Assembly: GCA_017499595.2 (NCBI GenBank)
Contig: CM039009.1
Span: forward strand, 2,046,001-2,110,000
From: Psilocybe cubensis
Taxonomy: Eukaryota
Length of the DNA: 64,000 bases
Direction of reading: 5' to 3'
The notes beneath the pieces were generated by a model. That model did not search any database. It saw only the letters and a list, made by a program, of their open reading frames with translations, and was not told the origin of the DNA. The position numbers and the translations under genes were made by a program. Of this stretch, positions 63,262 through 64,000 are shown piece after piece (position 1 is the stretch's first letter; each line of letters starts with the position of its first letter).

Positions 63262-64000
63262 TCAGGTTGCCTTGTGCATCAAGGTTGCATTTCTGTCTTC
63301 GTACTCCTGGCAACTTCGGTAGAGATTCTCTGCATCCGCTTTCAATGCCGCTAATTTGACTATTTTTATAAAACATTAGTTGGTCAACGGCAAGACTGTA
63401 ATGTAATTGCTTGAAGCACAAACCTTGCTCAATAAGCTGCGGTTTAAGAACCTTGTTCGTTATCTCTCTTTGAATATCCTCAAATAACTCGGCAAGTGTC
63501 CAATAGCTCGACAGCTGCATGATATCTAGAACATGTTCAATCGGAAGACTTTCAACGTCTGGGTGGGTTCCCTTGTAGATGTAGTCTACTCATTATTAAT
63601 TAGACATAAATGTATCTAAATGGTGACTATAATTTAAAGACATACCTAGAACCGCACGAACACAGTCTGCGGAATAATCCGAAACGTCACACAGAATTGG
63701 TTCTTCAGAGGATGCAGCCTTAGCTTCCTTGAATCCTCCGCAGAAGCGATCGTTGAAGTATTCGCTGCAAACAGCCAAAAAGCTTCTGTGGCCTACTAAA
63801 CGTTCCGCGCTGGGATCACTAAGATCTCCAATGACGAATACGACATCAAACAGCTTGCTATCCTCTCTTAATTTTTGGAACCCCGCGCGAAGCAGTTCCA
63901 ACTTGGAGCTAGAGCTGGCGGGTGTCTGACTCGACGGATATTGTGGATGGAAAACATCCACCGCCCCTGCGGCGCGTAGCAGTTCTTCATACGGAAGGAG
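63262..64000 (-). CDS. Protein with C-terminal BTB/POZ domain (5' part outside the window)
   Basis: FDVVFVI...GHRSFLAVCSEYFNDRFCGGFKEA...VRAVL-EYIYKG, with spliced 3' exons to the stop at 63264-63262. Confidence 0.8.

Overview
This is intron-rich fungal DNA, most likely from an Agaricomycete (mushroom-forming basidiomycete). In order, the window holds: (1) two F-box-like paralogues, one pseudogenised; (2) a bifunctional lysine-ketoglutarate reductase/saccharopine dehydrogenase gene swollen by microsatellites and long introns; (3) three 34-aa metallothionein genes that the ORF track misses; (4) an apparently intact 13.1-kb KDZ (Kyakuja-type) DNA transposon inserted among those metallothioneins, with 389-bp TIRs, a candidate 7-bp target-site duplication and five spliced genes (CxC2-KDZ transposase, TET/JBP dioxygenase, small basic protein, RNase H1-N-like protein, HMG-like protein); (5) MAK21, a minisatellite, a fully palindromic CACTA-type MITE and an FAD oxidoreductase; (6) a fourth, two-domain 60-aa metallothionein; (7) a DUF6535-like gene and a P450; (8) a MAM3/CNNM metal-transporter gene; (9) two intron-containing tRNAs, two tandem alpha/beta-hydrolases, PRE4 and a partial BTB gene. 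The most unusual observation is in MAM3. One exon is split cleanly by a 2,126-bp insert of short-chain dehydrogenase sequence that is circularly permuted, since its two ends rejoin into one in-phase intron. That pattern is expected from integration of an extrachromosomal DNA circle, although mis-assembly must be excluded. All splice models and family calls were read by eye, without database searches.
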